DNA of 64,000 bases from Candidatus Hydrogenedentota bacterium (GCA_045863335.1 BTVY01000031.1:1-64000), one strand, 5' to 3'; shown: positions 32,192-42,133, counted from the first letter of the stretch. The notes: a model not told the origin generated them from the letters alone. Translations and numbers: made by a program.

Positions 32192-34639
32192 TCAATAGGA
32201 CCCGTAGGGATCCAGGTCCACCTTAAGCCGGGTCTTCGTACTTGCCTCTGCGTTGAAGGTGTCGCGCACGCTGCGGCACAAGACATTGATCCGTTTCGCG
32301 CTCTTCGACAGCAGGCCCAGGTTCCAGCGGTACTTCTTTTTCACGCGCCGCACCGTCGCAGGTGATGGCCCGAGTATCTCGATTCCCTGGTATCCCAGAT
32401 CTTCGATGGCGGTCCGGACCATTCGGAGGAGGACGCCCGCCATTCGCCCTGCCTCCTCGGGGTCCTCGCATTCGACCATGAGGTTCGCCATGCGCCGAAA
32501 CGGCGGATACAACGCCGTCTCGCGCTCCCGGATCTCGCGCGCGTAGAAACCGGCGTAATCGTGCTGCGCCGCAGTTGCCATCGCATAGTGGTAAGGCCGA
32601 TAGGTCTGAATCAACACCTGCCCCGGCCGTTCGCCTCGGCCCGCCCGGCCCGCCACTTGCGTCAGCAATTGAAACGTCGACTCGGCCGCGCGAAAATCCG
32701 GCAGACTCAATCCCGTATCCGCATTGATCACTCCCACCAGCGTCACACCCGGGTAGTCGTGACCTTTCGCGATCATCTGCGTGCCGATGAGGATGTCAAT
32801 TTCGCCTTCGGCTAATCGCCCAAGAATCTTCGCGTGCCCGCCCTTGCCGGAGGTCGTGTCCGCGTCCATGCGTTCCACCCGCGCGTTCGGAAACGCGCGC
32901 ATCAGGTAGTCCTCAACCCGCTGCGTGCCCGTCCCTAGGAAGAGCAGGGGATTGAAGTGGCACTCGTCGCAGACCAACGGAACCTGGCGGCGGCCGTTGC
33001 AGTAGTGACAGCTCAGGAACGCCCCCTTTGTGTGATACGTCAGCGTGACCTGGCAGTCGGGGCATCCCGCCACCCAGCCGCACTGAGGACACAATACGAA
33101 CGGCGCAAACCCCCGCCGGTTCAGGAGCAGCAGCACCTGCTCGCCGGCGTCCACGCGAGATAGCACGGCTTCCTCGAGGCGCCTAGACAGGATCGCATTC
33201 GGACCGGTTTCCCGTGTTTCGACCCGCATATCGATAAGATCGACCTCGGGCAATTTCGCCCGAGTCGCCCGTTCGCTCAGTACGAGACGCGCCGATTTCC
33301 CGCGATCGGCGTTGTATGCCGATTCAATCGACGGTGTCGCCGACCCCAGAACGCAGACGGCATTGTTGCGTTGCGCGCGCACGATGGCTACGTCCCGCGC
33401 ATGGTACCGCGGCGATTCGGACTGCTTATACGACGAGTCGTGCTCTTCGTCGACGACGATAATTCCCACATTCGGGAGCGGCGCGAAGATCGCCGAGCGC
33501 GCACCCACCACAATCCGCACTTCTCCGCGATGCGCCCTGCGCCATTCGTCGAACCGTTCACCCGCGCCCAGCCCGCTATGAAGGACCGCGATGTCCGTCG
33601 AGAACCGGGCCTTGAATCGCCCGACGGTTTGCGGCGTGAGTGAGATCTCCGGAACCAGGATGATGGCGTCCCGTCCCTGAGCCAACACGTACTCGATGGC
33701 CTGAAGATAGACTTCTGTCTTGCCACTGCCGGTGATTCCCTGCAACAGAAACGTTTGAAACTGCCTCTCGCGTACGGCCGCCGCAATCGCGTCGTACGCG
33801 GCTTGCTGCTCGCGGTTGAGTTCGTGCTTCGAGCCGCCGTGCCCGTTGTATTCGGGCGTCCGGTAGTACTCCCGCTCCACGCGCGCGACCAATCCCCGTG
33901 CTTCCAATTGCCGGATGATCGCCGCGTTGCCCCCGTGTTTCTCGTAAAGATGCGTCGCCAGCCGCTCCGGTTCACCGTTCAGCAGATCGAGATAGATTGC
34001 CGCCTGCTTGGGCGCCTTGCGCTGAAGGCGGGCAAGTTCCTCCTCGGCAGGAATGGCCTCTTCAATCAATTGCACATACGTTTCGGTCTGAGCGGAAACC
34101 CCACCCGAGACGGCCATGGCCTCGGCTCGCAACAGCCCGCGATTCACGAGCGCCCGCAACGTGTTGCTCAGCGCGGTCGCGCCGACGGACTTCGCCAACT
34201 GCTTTTCCGTAAGCGGCCCGCGCCGGTGCAGTTCAGCGATAACGGCCCGCTGCCGATCCGTATAGCGTCCCGCCGCAATCTGATCGTGCTGCAACACGTA
34301 CCGGACCTTCGTGCGAACCGCGATCCCGGCGGGCACCGCGCTCTGCAGCGCCTCCCCCCAGGAGCAACAGTAGTACTCCGCCATCCATTGGCACAGATCG
34401 AGCAGTTCCTGGGAGTAGATGGGGCCTTCATCCGGAAAATCGATGAGATCGCGCACGCCTTCCTGCTCGGAATCCGCCTGCAGACCCACAATGGTTCCGG
34501 TTTCAATCCGCTTCTGAAAGGGGGCAATAGCCCGCATGCCCACACAGGCCCGGTGACGAAGGGAAGGCGGAATCCGGTAGGTGAAGGGCCGGTCAAGGGG
34601 GATCGGAAGGATAACGTCGGCGAACGCGTACTCGCTCAT
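32192..34639 (-). CDS. priA: Primosomal protein N' (PriA helicase)
   Basis: GITGSGKTEVY, DEEHDSSYKQ, four CxxC zinc motifs, QVAGRAGR. Confidence 0.97.
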   Translation of the reverse strand: MSEYAFADVILPIPLDRPFTYRIPPSLRHRACVGMRAIAPFQKRIETGTIVGLQADSEQEGVRDLIDFPDEGPIYSQELLDLCQWMAEYYCCSWGEALQSAVPAGIAVRTKVRYVLQHDQIAAGRYTDRQRAVIAELHRRGPLTEKQLAKSVGATALSNTLRALVNRGLLRAEAMAVSGGVSAQTETYVQLIEEAIPAEEELARLQRKAPKQAAIYLDLLNGEPERLATHLYEKHGGNAAIIRQLEARGLVARVEREYYRTPEYNGHGGSKHELNREQQAAYDAIAAAVRERQFQTFLLQGITGSGKTEVYLQAIEYVLAQGRDAIILVPEISLTPQTVGRFKARFSTDIAVLHSGLGAGERFDEWRRAHRGEVRIVVGARSAIFAPLPNVGIIVVDEEHDSSYKQSESPRYHARDVAIVRAQRNNAVCVLGSATPSIESAYNADRGKSARLVLSERATRAKLPEVDLIDMRVETRETGPNAILSRRLEEAVLSRVDAGEQVLLLLNRRGFAPFVLCPQCGWVAGCPDCQVTLTYHTKGAFLSCHYCNGRRQVPLVCDECHFNPLLFLGTGTQRVEDYLMRAFPNARVERMDADTTSGKGGHAKILGRLAEGEIDILIGTQMIAKGHDYPGVTLVGVINADTGLSLPDFRAAESTFQLLTQVAGRAGRGERPGQVLIQTYRPYHYAMATAAQHDYAGFYAREIRERETALYPPFRRMANLMVECEDPEEAGRMAGVLLRMVRTAIEDLGYQGIEILGPSPATVRRVKKKYRWNLGLLSKSAKRINVLCRSVRDTFNAEASTKTRLKVDLDPYGSY

Positions 34640-34685
34640 CTACTTGCCTCTGCACCGTATGGCGACGGGTGACCGGCGCCTTACG

Positions 34686-35300
34686 CTAAGACGCGCTCGA
34701 TACCGCTTTCTTGCCTGCGCTGCCCCAACGGCTCGCATCCACGAACCGCTGCCAGACCACCAACTGCTCCTCGGGGACCCGCGCACCGAAATGGGGCATC
34801 CAGGCCGGCTTCACCGGCCGCTTCAGCAGCGGCATGCCTGCCTCGTCCGGCGTGCGGTTGCCCTTGCGCACGTTGCACTGGAGGCACGCGATCACCAGGT
34901 TCTCCCACGTTTCACCGCCGCCTCGCGACTGCGGCAACACGTGGTCTAAAGTAAGTTGAGACTTCGGGAAATGCTTGCCGCAGTACTGGCAAACCCCCGC
35001 GTCCCGTTCGAAGATGCTGTGGCGCGAGAACCGCACCTCGTGCCGGATGAATCCGTTGAACAACGTCAACAGCACCACCTCCGGAACCCGAATGCGCGTC
35101 GTCGGCGTATGGATGTACCGCCCGCCCAATCCATTCTGCGATAGGACCATCCAGTCCTCAAAGTCGTGAAGCGAATAGTCGTGCGGGTGCACTGCCCGGG
35201 CCGCGCCGAGATAGAGCAGGGAGAGTGCGCGCCGGACGGGGGCAATATGAACCGCCGTCCAACTCTTGTTCAGGACGAGTACACTCCCTTCCAACATCAC
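34686..35300 (-). CDS. HNH endonuclease (McrA-like HNH_5)
   Basis: [46 protein letters not shown]. Confidence 0.9.
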   Translation of the reverse strand: MMLEGSVLVLNKSWTAVHIAPVRRALSLLYLGAARAVHPHDYSLHDFEDWMVLSQNGLGGRYIHTPTTRIRVPEVVLLTLFNGFIRHEVRFSRHSIFERDAGVCQYCGKHFPKSQLTLDHVLPQSRGGGETWENLVIACLQCNVRKGNRTPDEAGMPLLKRPVKPAWMPHFGARVPEEQLVVWQRFVDASRWGSAGKKAVSSAS

Positions 35301-35486
35301 GCAAACTCCAAGTCAAAATACAACTACTACACGGTGCCCTCATGCATATGTCGAAACCCTTCCGCTGCCCCATACCCGCCAAAACGATGGGGCGACAGCA
35401 GTATAGAAGCCTTCGAACGGTCAGTCAAACGGCGGTTGCCGGGTGTTGTTTCGATACCCGTTCGCGCGCGTATAATGCACGCGCCA

Positions 35487-36074
35487 ATGAATGATCTAGA
35501 CTACCAAGATGTTGTGACTTCGTTCGCCGAGCGGTACCACGTGCTGGCTGGTCTCGCTCACGTGGTTCACAACCCTGCGGAGGCCGGAGCAAAGGCGGCA
35601 GATATCCTCCGTGAGGCGGGCGTCACGCTCGCAGCGATGGCCGGACTTCCGGGGGACTTGGTAGACCCCGTTGTGCGCGGGCTGGCGGACGCCGGCATCG
35701 ACTGCGATTCCGGACCGTTTCCATCAGTCGAACTTCCCGGGCGAATCGACCGCGCGTCCGCTGGAATTACCGGCGCTGATTTCGCCATCGCCCAAAGCGG
35801 TACCCTTGTCGAGATCGCCACGAACGACGCTGTCAGGCTGGTATCCAGTCTGCCGCGAACGCACATCGGCATCGTGCGCGCCCGTGACATCGTCCCCCGC
35901 TTCGAAGACGCCGCCCCGCGTCTTCGGGAGATCTTCAATGCCCACGGCGGCGGTTGCACCGTCTCCTTCATCTCCGGACCCAGCCGTACTGGCGATATTG
36001 AACTGAAGCTCACCCTCGGCGTTCACGGACCCGAGATCGCGCACGCGATTGTCATCGCGGATGGGGAGCAGTAG
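35487..36074 (+). CDS. LUD-domain protein, LutC/YkgG-like
   Basis: GITGADFAIAQSGTL, SSLPRTHI, FISGPSRTGDIE..LTLGVHGP; TATAAT at 35471-35476 just upstream. Confidence 0.85.
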   Translation: MNDLDYQDVVTSFAERYHVLAGLAHVVHNPAEAGAKAADILREAGVTLAAMAGLPGDLVDPVVRGLADAGIDCDSGPFPSVELPGRIDRASAGITGADFAIAQSGTLVEIATNDAVRLVSSLPRTHIGIVRARDIVPRFEDAAPRLREIFNAHGGGCTVSFISGPSRTGDIELKLTLGVHGPEIAHAIVIADGEQ

Positions 36075-36078
36075 GCGC

Positions 36079-38205
36079 GTGGCCAGCCAACGCAACAAAG
36101 CCCTGTACACCAAGATCGCGGATGCCCTCGAAAACCCCGACCGGAGCCGTGCCCTGAACCGGTGCATGCAACGCGGCCGCGACAACCGCTCCCGCGCAGT
36201 TTCTGCGCTTCCCGATGGGCTTGAGTTTCGCAATCGGGTCAAAGCCATCAAAGATCGCTGCACCGAACAGCAGGAATCGCTGCTGGAGAAGTTCGTCGCA
36301 AAAGCCCGCGAACGCGGCGCAAAGGTCTTTCTGGCCAGGGATGGCGCTGCTGCCATTGACTACGTGCTCGAACTGGCGCGCGCGCGAAACGCCAGGTCCG
36401 TGGCGAAGTCCAAGTCGCTCACCACCGAGGAGATCGACATCAACGACCCGCTGCTCGACGCCGGGCTAAGAGTGGTGGAAACCGACTTGGGCGAACTTAT
36501 CCTGCAACTGGCCCACGAGCGTCCCTACCACCTCGTGTTTCCATCCGTCCACAAAATGGCCGCCGACGTCGCTGATATCTTCGCGAAGGAAACCGGACAA
36601 ACCATCCCGCCCGACATCCCGTCCATCATGAAAGTCGTACGCGCCTACCTGCGGCCGATCTTTTTAAACGCGGACATCGGAATGACCGGCGCCAATATCG
36701 GTGTCGCCGAATCGGGCGCCATCGTCATCGAAACGAACGAAGGCAACGGCCGCCTTGTGTCCAGCATCGGGGATTGCCACGTCTGCGTCATGGGTGTTGA
36801 GAAGATTGTCGATACCTTTGAAGATGCCCTGGAACTCGTCCTGGCCCATCCGGTCAGCGCCTCCGGCCAATTGCCGACGACCTACGTGACCTGGATGGGC
36901 GGCCGCTCGCCTCTCGGAGAGGGTGAAGGCAAAGCGCCGCGCGAGTCCCATATCATCATCCTGGACAACGGCCGCGCCGCGATGCGGGACGACCCCGGCA
37001 TGCGAGAAGCCTTGAACTGCATCCGCTGCGGCGCCTGCATGAACATTTGCCCCACGTACAGCGTCGTTGGCGGCCACACCTTCGGCTACATCTATCCCGG
37101 ACCCATCGGCATCCCCTGGACCGCAGGCGTCCACGGACTGGAGAAGGCGGGAGATTTTGCGGCGTTGTGCATCTCCTGCGGACTGTGCAAGGAGATTTGC
37201 CCCGCCAAGATCGACATGCCCATGATGATCGCGGAGGTCAAACACCGCGACGCCCGCGTCCACGGATATTCCCGCTCGGAACAAACCATGATGGCGGCAG
37301 ACGATTTTGCACGCCTCAGTAGCGCGCTTGCTCCTCTCGCAAATCGGACCCTCAAGAACTCGCTCGCCCGGAAGGCGATGGCCAGTATCCTTGGCGTTGA
37401 TGAACGAAGGAATCTCCCACCCTTTGCCAAGGAGTCGTTCACCCGCTGGTTCTCGCGGAGAACTCCCCGCAATGAGGGCGCTGCCCATCGCGTTGCTTTC
37501 TTCGTTGACGTGTTTGCCAACTACAACCGGCCCGATCTCGGGATGGCGGTCGTAGAACGGCTCGAGGCTTTGGGCTGTGAAGTCGTGCTCCCCGAACAGA
37601 AGTCGAGCGGCTATCCCTACGTCGCCTACGGCGACCTCGATCGGGCCCGGGAAGTCGCCGCGTACAACGTGGCCCGCTTCGCGCCCTATGCGGAACAGGG
37701 CTGCGACATTATCGCCATCGAACCCACCGCCGCCTACTGCCTCCGCGAGACGTATCCCAAGCTGTTGAACCACAGCCGAAAATCCGTGCTCGTCTCGGAC
37801 CGTTCGTACGAGCTGTTCGCCTATCTGAGTTTACGCGAGGGCGATTCGGCCGCTCTCGACGCCCGCGTGCGAGGCAAGCGCTTCGGCTTTCACGTGTCCT
37901 GTCACCAGCGGCCCCTCGGTTCCGGATGCGAAGCGCAGGAATGGCTTCGCCGTCGCGGAGCGGATGTAACCCTCGTCGAAACGGGAACCTGTTGCGGCAT
38001 GGGAGGAACGTTTGGGCTGAAGGCCGGCCCCCTTGGGTACGACTTGTCCAAGGCAGCGGGTGAATCGCTTTGCGCCTTGTTTCTAGAGGCAGGCGTGGAC
38101 GCGATTGTTACCGAAAGCAGCGTCTGCGCAATTCAACTGCGGGAAGGCACCGGGCTTCCTGTATGCCACCCGCTCGAACTCCTTGCCGGTCCAGCACTGG
38201 ATTAA
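36079..38205 (+). CDS. LutB/LldF-like iron-sulfur protein fused to C-terminal CCG (GlpC/LutA-like) domains
   Basis: KSKSLTTEEI, ETDLGE, NEGNGR, CIRCGACMNICP, CISCGLCKEICP, HVSCHQR, CCGMGGTFG. Confidence 0.85.
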   Translation: MASQRNKALYTKIADALENPDRSRALNRCMQRGRDNRSRAVSALPDGLEFRNRVKAIKDRCTEQQESLLEKFVAKARERGAKVFLARDGAAAIDYVLELARARNARSVAKSKSLTTEEIDINDPLLDAGLRVVETDLGELILQLAHERPYHLVFPSVHKMAADVADIFAKETGQTIPPDIPSIMKVVRAYLRPIFLNADIGMTGANIGVAESGAIVIETNEGNGRLVSSIGDCHVCVMGVEKIVDTFEDALELVLAHPVSASGQLPTTYVTWMGGRSPLGEGEGKAPRESHIIILDNGRAAMRDDPGMREALNCIRCGACMNICPTYSVVGGHTFGYIYPGPIGIPWTAGVHGLEKAGDFAALCISCGLCKEICPAKIDMPMMIAEVKHRDARVHGYSRSEQTMMAADDFARLSSALAPLANRTLKNSLARKAMASILGVDERRNLPPFAKESFTRWFSRRTPRNEGAAHRVAFFVDVFANYNRPDLGMAVVERLEALGCEVVLPEQKSSGYPYVAYGDLDRAREVAAYNVARFAPYAEQGCDIIAIEPTAAYCLRETYPKLLNHSRKSVLVSDRSYELFAYLSLREGDSAALDARVRGKRFGFHVSCHQRPLGSGCEAQEWLRRRGADVTLVETGTCCGMGGTFGLKAGPLGYDLSKAAGESLCALFLEAGVDAIVTESSVCAIQLREGTGLPVCHPLELLAGPALD

Positions 38206-38218
38206 GGACCTCCGCGGC

Positions 38219-38253
38219 AAAAAAAAGAAAGCGGGCATGCTGGGCACACCCGC
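38219..38253 (-). terminator. Rho-independent terminator of the small-peptide gene
   Basis: - strand GCGGGTGTGC-CCA-GCATGCCCGC followed by TTTCTTTTTTTT. Confidence 0.8.
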
Positions 38254-38281
38254 CGGAATCGCGTATCAAAGTTTCTTGTAC

Positions 38282-38377
38282 TTAGTTGGGCTGAACAAAC
38301 AGCAGATCGGGCAAACCAAGACCCGCACCGACGAACGCCCAGAAGAACCACCACACCAACCACAGCAAAAAGAACAT
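38282..38377 (-). CDS. 31-aa hydrophobic Trp/Phe-rich small membrane peptide MFFLLWLVWWFFWAFVGAGLGLPDLLFVQPN
   Basis: AAGGAGGT SD (38386-38393) 8 nt before ATG; own promoter and terminator; below the 60-aa ORF-track cut-off. Confidence 0.7.
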   Translation of the reverse strand: MFFLLWLVWWFFWAFVGAGLGLPDLLFVQPN

Positions 38378-38439
38378 AGCGGAAGACCTCCTTTCTCGTT
38401 ATCCATTTCCACACCCCCGACGGACCAGAGGTTAGCCGG

Positions 38440-38468
38440 AGTCTAGCATAGCGGTTTGGGGTTGTCAA
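38440..38468 (-). promoter_or_regulatory. Strong sigma70 promoter of the small-peptide gene
   Basis: TTGACA (38463-38468)-17 nt-TAGACT (38440-38445) with extended TGn. Confidence 0.75.
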
Positions 38469-38562
38469 GGAAGCGAAATCTTCGAACGCTGAATTTTGCG
38501 GAACATGCAGTGCATCGGTCCCGGATACCCCTTATATATAGTGGGGCGTCCTGTCGCAGCGT

Positions 38563-39141
38563 CTAACTGACCTCGATCCCGACCCGGGCAAGGACGCGCC
38601 GAAGATCGTCCGGCGTGAAAGGCTTGCCAAGTGTGACGGCTGCGCCGTATTCCAACGCGCGCGCCGCAAGATCCCGATCCTCAGGGGCGGCAATCGCAAC
38701 AATGCGCACATTCGGAAGGTCCGGCAACTCCTTAATCCGCCGGCACACATCCAGTCCGTCCACGCCTGGCAGCCGGAGATCCAGGAATACCACGTCGGGA
38801 AGGAACGCCGATACCTGGCGGCCAGCGTCAAACCCATCCAATGCGCCTTCAATCTGGAAGTTGCCCCGCGAACGCTCCAGGAAACGGCGCACGACGGCCA
38901 CTACGGAAGGTTCACTGTCGATGACCAGGACGCGCAACCCGGCCGAGTTCAAGTCCCCGTGAATGGGGATGTTGTTCTCCCGCAGGAACTGAATCAGATC
39001 CTCACGGCGAATGCGGCGATGACCGCCCGGCGTTTTGAACACGTGAATGCGGCCGGCTTCGGCCCATTTGCGGATCGTGTCTGCCGTAACATGGCAGTAC
39101 TTCGCCACTTCGGACGTGCTGTAGGATTGTTTCATTTCCAT
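38563..39141 (-). CDS. Response regulator: excisionase/MerR-type HTH + receiver domain
   Basis: YSTSEVAKYCHVTADTIRKW...KTPGGHRRI; PDVVFLDLRLPGVDG, LGKPF. Confidence 0.9.
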   Translation of the reverse strand: MEMKQSYSTSEVAKYCHVTADTIRKWAEAGRIHVFKTPGGHRRIRREDLIQFLRENNIPIHGDLNSAGLRVLVIDSEPSVVAVVRRFLERSRGNFQIEGALDGFDAGRQVSAFLPDVVFLDLRLPGVDGLDVCRRIKELPDLPNVRIVAIAAPEDRDLAARALEYGAAVTLGKPFTPDDLRRVLARVGIEVS

Positions 39142-39285
39142 CGGGTCGGAGACTTCGTCCTGTGAACAGCGCGGTTTCCGGGCTCACCCCTTCACCGCAC
39201 GCGGTTACTCAACAAAACCCTTACGGAAGGCAGGCCCACAAAAACCCCCTCAAACGATTCCTTCCGCAAGGACCATTAAATCAGA

Positions 39286-39361
39286 TGGAGCTGGATCGGG
39301 GAGTCGAACCCCGGACCTCATCATTACGAGTGATGCGCTCTACCAACTGAGCTAATCCAGC
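39286..39361 (-). tRNA. tRNA-Thr(CGT)
   Basis: GCTGGATTAGCTCAGTTGGTAGAGC...CATCA-CTCGTAA-TGATG...GGTTCGACTCC...CCA; 76 nt. Confidence 0.97.
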
Positions 39362-39369
39362 AAGAAAAA

Positions 39370-39445
<76 letters not shown>

Positions 39446-39457
39446 ACGTGTCGCAAA

Positions 39458-39487
39458 AGCATACGAAATGAAGTCCCACGAAGTCAA
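39458..39487 (-). promoter_or_regulatory. Promoter of tRNA-Phe/tRNA-Thr
   Basis: TTGACT-18 nt-TATGCT just upstream of tRNA-Phe. Confidence 0.6.
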
Positions 39488-39504
39488 GTTGGCACAGGCT
39501 GCCA

Positions 39505-40431
39505 TTACTCGATTCCCGCCCGCCGGTCGGCGAAAACGCCCCCCTCCGAAGAGGTCATCGCCATATGGCGAATTTGGGACAGCACTTCAAAGATCTGTTG
39601 GGGCGTGACCGTTTCCTTGGGATCGTGTTGCGTAATGCAGAACATCACGTCCAACTGTTTTTCCGCCTCGTCGGCGGACGTTTTCGGCTTCGGGCTTCCC
39701 GTCGTCGCCATATACAACTTTTCAATCTGGGCCAGCCAAACCTTGCGCGCCCAGCGGCTGAACGCCTGGATGCGTTTGGGCGACATGATTACCATGAAGT
39801 GACCACCGCCCATGTGGCCCACGAAGATTTCTTCATCCTTGAGTTCTTCGGTGCACCGGGCAAGCGCTCGCCCCAAATGCCGCACCGCCTTGGTCCGGGC
39901 TTCCGCGCCGTACTTCCGGCCAAACTCCCGCACATACAGCAACTCGCAATGCGCCAGCGCAAACCCCTTGCGTAAACTGATCTGCCGTTGGATCTCCCGC
40001 TTCGTGGCGTCCGCCGAAGGGAGCGAAGTGAGTTCGTCCACTCCTGTGCCGCCGGAGCCAATCCGCAGCAGCGCCTCGATCCGTTGCAGTACGTTCCCCG
40101 CGTCGAACGGCTTGGCGACGTAATCGTCCGCGCCTTGCGCCAGTCCGTGGAACACCTCTTCTTCGTTGTTCATCGCGGAAAGGAACAAAATCGGAAGGGT
40201 GTACAGCTCCGGGTCGCGCCGAATCTGACGGCAAATTTCGAAACCGGATGTGTGCGGGAGCATGACGTCCAGCACGAGCAAGTCATGCTTCTTGTTCTGG
40301 ATCGTCTCCAAGACGTTCTGACCGGAGCGTTGGACGGTGCACTCGTGGCCGCTCTTGACCAAGTGATCCCGAACCAACTGGCTGGCCCGTTCGTCGTCGT
40401 CTACGATCAGGATCGTCGCCACCCGCTGCAC
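39505..40431 (-). CDS. Response regulator with receiver domain and degenerate GGDEF-like domain
   Basis: ILIVDDD, LVLDVMLP, ADDYVAKPF; DELTSLP, FGRKYG, GHMGGGHF in place of GGD/EEF. Confidence 0.85.
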   Translation of the reverse strand: MQRVATILIVDDDERASQLVRDHLVKSGHECTVQRSGQNVLETIQNKKHDLLVLDVMLPHTSGFEICRQIRRDPELYTLPILFLSAMNNEEEVFHGLAQGADDYVAKPFDAGNVLQRIEALLRIGSGGTGVDELTSLPSADATKREIQRQISLRKGFALAHCELLYVREFGRKYGAEARTKAVRHLGRALARCTEELKDEEIFVGHMGGGHFMVIMSPKRIQAFSRWARKVWLAQIEKLYMATTGSPKPKTSADEAEKQLDVMFCITQHDPKETVTPQQIFEVLSQIRHMAMTSSEGGVFADRRAGIE

Positions 40432-40464
40432 CTCTCTCCGGTGGGAAGGTTCCGGCTGGTTTCA

Positions 40465-40550
40465 TGGTGGGCGAGGAGGGACTCGAACCCTCAAGCCCGT
40501 TGGGGCAGCGGATTTTAAGTCCGCCGTGTATGCCATTCCACCACTCGCCC
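40465..40550 (-). tRNA. tRNA-Leu(TAA)
   Basis: GGGCGAGTGGTGGAATGGCATACAC..GCGGA-CTTAAAA-TCCGC, long variable arm, GGTTCGAGTCC, CCA; 86 nt. Confidence 0.97.
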
Positions 40551-40641
40551 AAAAGCGCGAACCAACAACACCATGGCCGCACGTGATTTGGGCAATCCGA
40601 CCGATTCACCCGCGCCACGCGGTGGTAGTTAAAAATCAATA

Positions 40642-40717
40642 TGGAGGCGGCACCCGGACTCGAACCGGGGAATGGAGGCTTTGCAGGCCTCTGCCTTACC
40701 AACTTGGCTATGCCGCC
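40642..40717 (-). tRNA. tRNA-Cys(GCA)
   Basis: GGCGGCATAGCCAAGTTGGTAAGGC.GAGGC-CTGCAAA-GCCTC...GGTTCGAGTCC...CCA. Confidence 0.97.
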
Positions 40718-40727
40718 TTAGATCGGA

Positions 40728-40757
40728 ATTCTATCGAACGCAGACGAAGCGTGTCAA
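40728..40757 (-). promoter_or_regulatory. Promoter of tRNA-Cys/tRNA-Leu
   Basis: TTGACA-18 nt-TAGAAT. Confidence 0.7.
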
Positions 40758-40785
40758 GGAATGAACCCGGTTCGCCCTACGCAAG

Positions 40786-42096
40786 TCAATGAGATAAAGG
40801 GATATTCGATATGCCGCCCCGGCCGGAATGAAAGATATTGTCTCGAAAAACCAGTCCCTCAGGACGGGGCTCGGGCGTGATGAAGACGGCGTACTCATAC
40901 CGCGGTTCGATCGTTACCGGCTGTCCGTCCTCCAGCACCTGATCGCGCCCGGTGTCATAGACGATGTTCCCCTGGATCAACACGTCCGTCATGATCGGAT
41001 TCTCCGGCAGTTGCCCCGATTCAAGGCTGATGACGCCGCCGCGGGAGCCTTCCCAGTTGAAGTACTCGTAGCCAAATCCAAAATCCGAAAAAATGTTGTT
41101 CGCGATGATGTTCCCGCGCGTAAAATTGGCGCCCCGCGCAGGCTCCGTATCCGTGGCCGCCTCCGCGGGATGCGACGCGGTCCCGGGCATCATGATGAGT
41201 CCCCAAAGATCCATATGAGATACGTTGTTCCCCATGATGATGACGTTGCGTGATCCGTGCATGCATTTGATTCCGACAAATGCGTGGTCGATCACATTGT
41301 TGGCGCAAGTCACGGAGTCCGCGTGGATGTCAATTCCCTGTGCCGCGTTCTCGATCAGGTTTCCTTCCACCAACACATGCGAGGTCTTCTCCGGCGAGGT
41401 CACGACAATGGCCGAACCCTGATGCCAGTTGTTTGCGTAATCTCCTTTGGGCGCGAGCCGGCCCTTCTTCGTGGGATGTGCGCCGTCTGTGAGTTGGCCA
41501 AGGTTGTGCTCTTCCTTGAACTCCTTCGTGGGAAAGATGTTTCGCTCTACCACCTGGTTGTCCTGAATGCTGATATCCGTCGATCCGTTGACGACAATGC
41601 CCGTCCCATCGATCACCCGGAACGCGTAACCGTAGAGTTCGCTCGCTGTCCGGTCGTCGACACCTACCCGTTTGTAGTTGATGACGGTGCTGTCCCGCAT
41701 GCTGCTGGACCGGCTGTTCTCGAAATAGACGGTCCCCGCCGTGCTGCGGTTGTCGATGACGCGAATGCCTCGCAAATCGACGCGTTCCGAGTTCCCGATA
41801 TGGATCGCGTGCCGGTTGGAATCCTGCTTGCCCTCCGCGCGGGTCAACGTGATGCCCTCGATGCGGATGTCTTCGGTTCCCGCGATCTCGAGGATGTTGG
41901 CCTCCGGGTTGTCCTGCACGATCGTACCCTGGCCAAACAGGCCCGACCCCGGCGTGGTGATCCGCAGCGGCCGGTCGATGTGAATCTCGCCGGGCGGCAC
42001 CTCGACCAGTTGTCCCGGGTTCGCGTCGATGGATTCCTGAAGCGTGGCGAGGGCCGTAGCAGCGAACAAGAAGACACAGACCATGACTCGAACCAT
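40786..42096 (-). CDS. Secreted right-handed parallel beta-helix (pectin lyase fold) protein
   Basis: Signal peptide; VPPGEIHIDRPL start and repeated I.GN/N.I.NN beta-helix units. Confidence 0.75.
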   Translation of the reverse strand: MVRVMVCVFLFAATALATLQESIDANPGQLVEVPPGEIHIDRPLRITTPGSGLFGQGTIVQDNPEANILEIAGTEDIRIEGITLTRAEGKQDSNRHAIHIGNSERVDLRGIRVIDNRSTAGTVYFENSRSSSMRDSTVINYKRVGVDDRTASELYGYAFRVIDGTGIVVNGSTDISIQDNQVVERNIFPTKEFKEEHNLGQLTDGAHPTKKGRLAPKGDYANNWHQGSAIVVTSPEKTSHVLVEGNLIENAAQGIDIHADSVTCANNVIDHAFVGIKCMHGSRNVIIMGNNVSHMDLWGLIMMPGTASHPAEAATDTEPARGANFTRGNIIANNIFSDFGFGYEYFNWEGSRGGVISLESGQLPENPIMTDVLIQGNIVYDTGRDQVLEDGQPVTIEPRYEYAVFITPEPRPEGLVFRDNIFHSGRGGISNIPLSH

Positions 42097-42133
42097 GATT
42101 ACCCCCTTTTTCGAATCGTCCGCTAACGGGATG

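Noticed and set aside
38219-38377. Trp/Phe-rich peptide plus terminator as an amino-acid attenuator leader
   Set aside because: No co-oriented biosynthetic operon follows; the next gene is convergent, and the peptide looks like a TM helix
38202-38468. 88-aa - strand ORF from the track
   Set aside because: Its TTG start is the -35 box and it runs through the terminator; the SD is positioned for the 31-aa ORF in another frame
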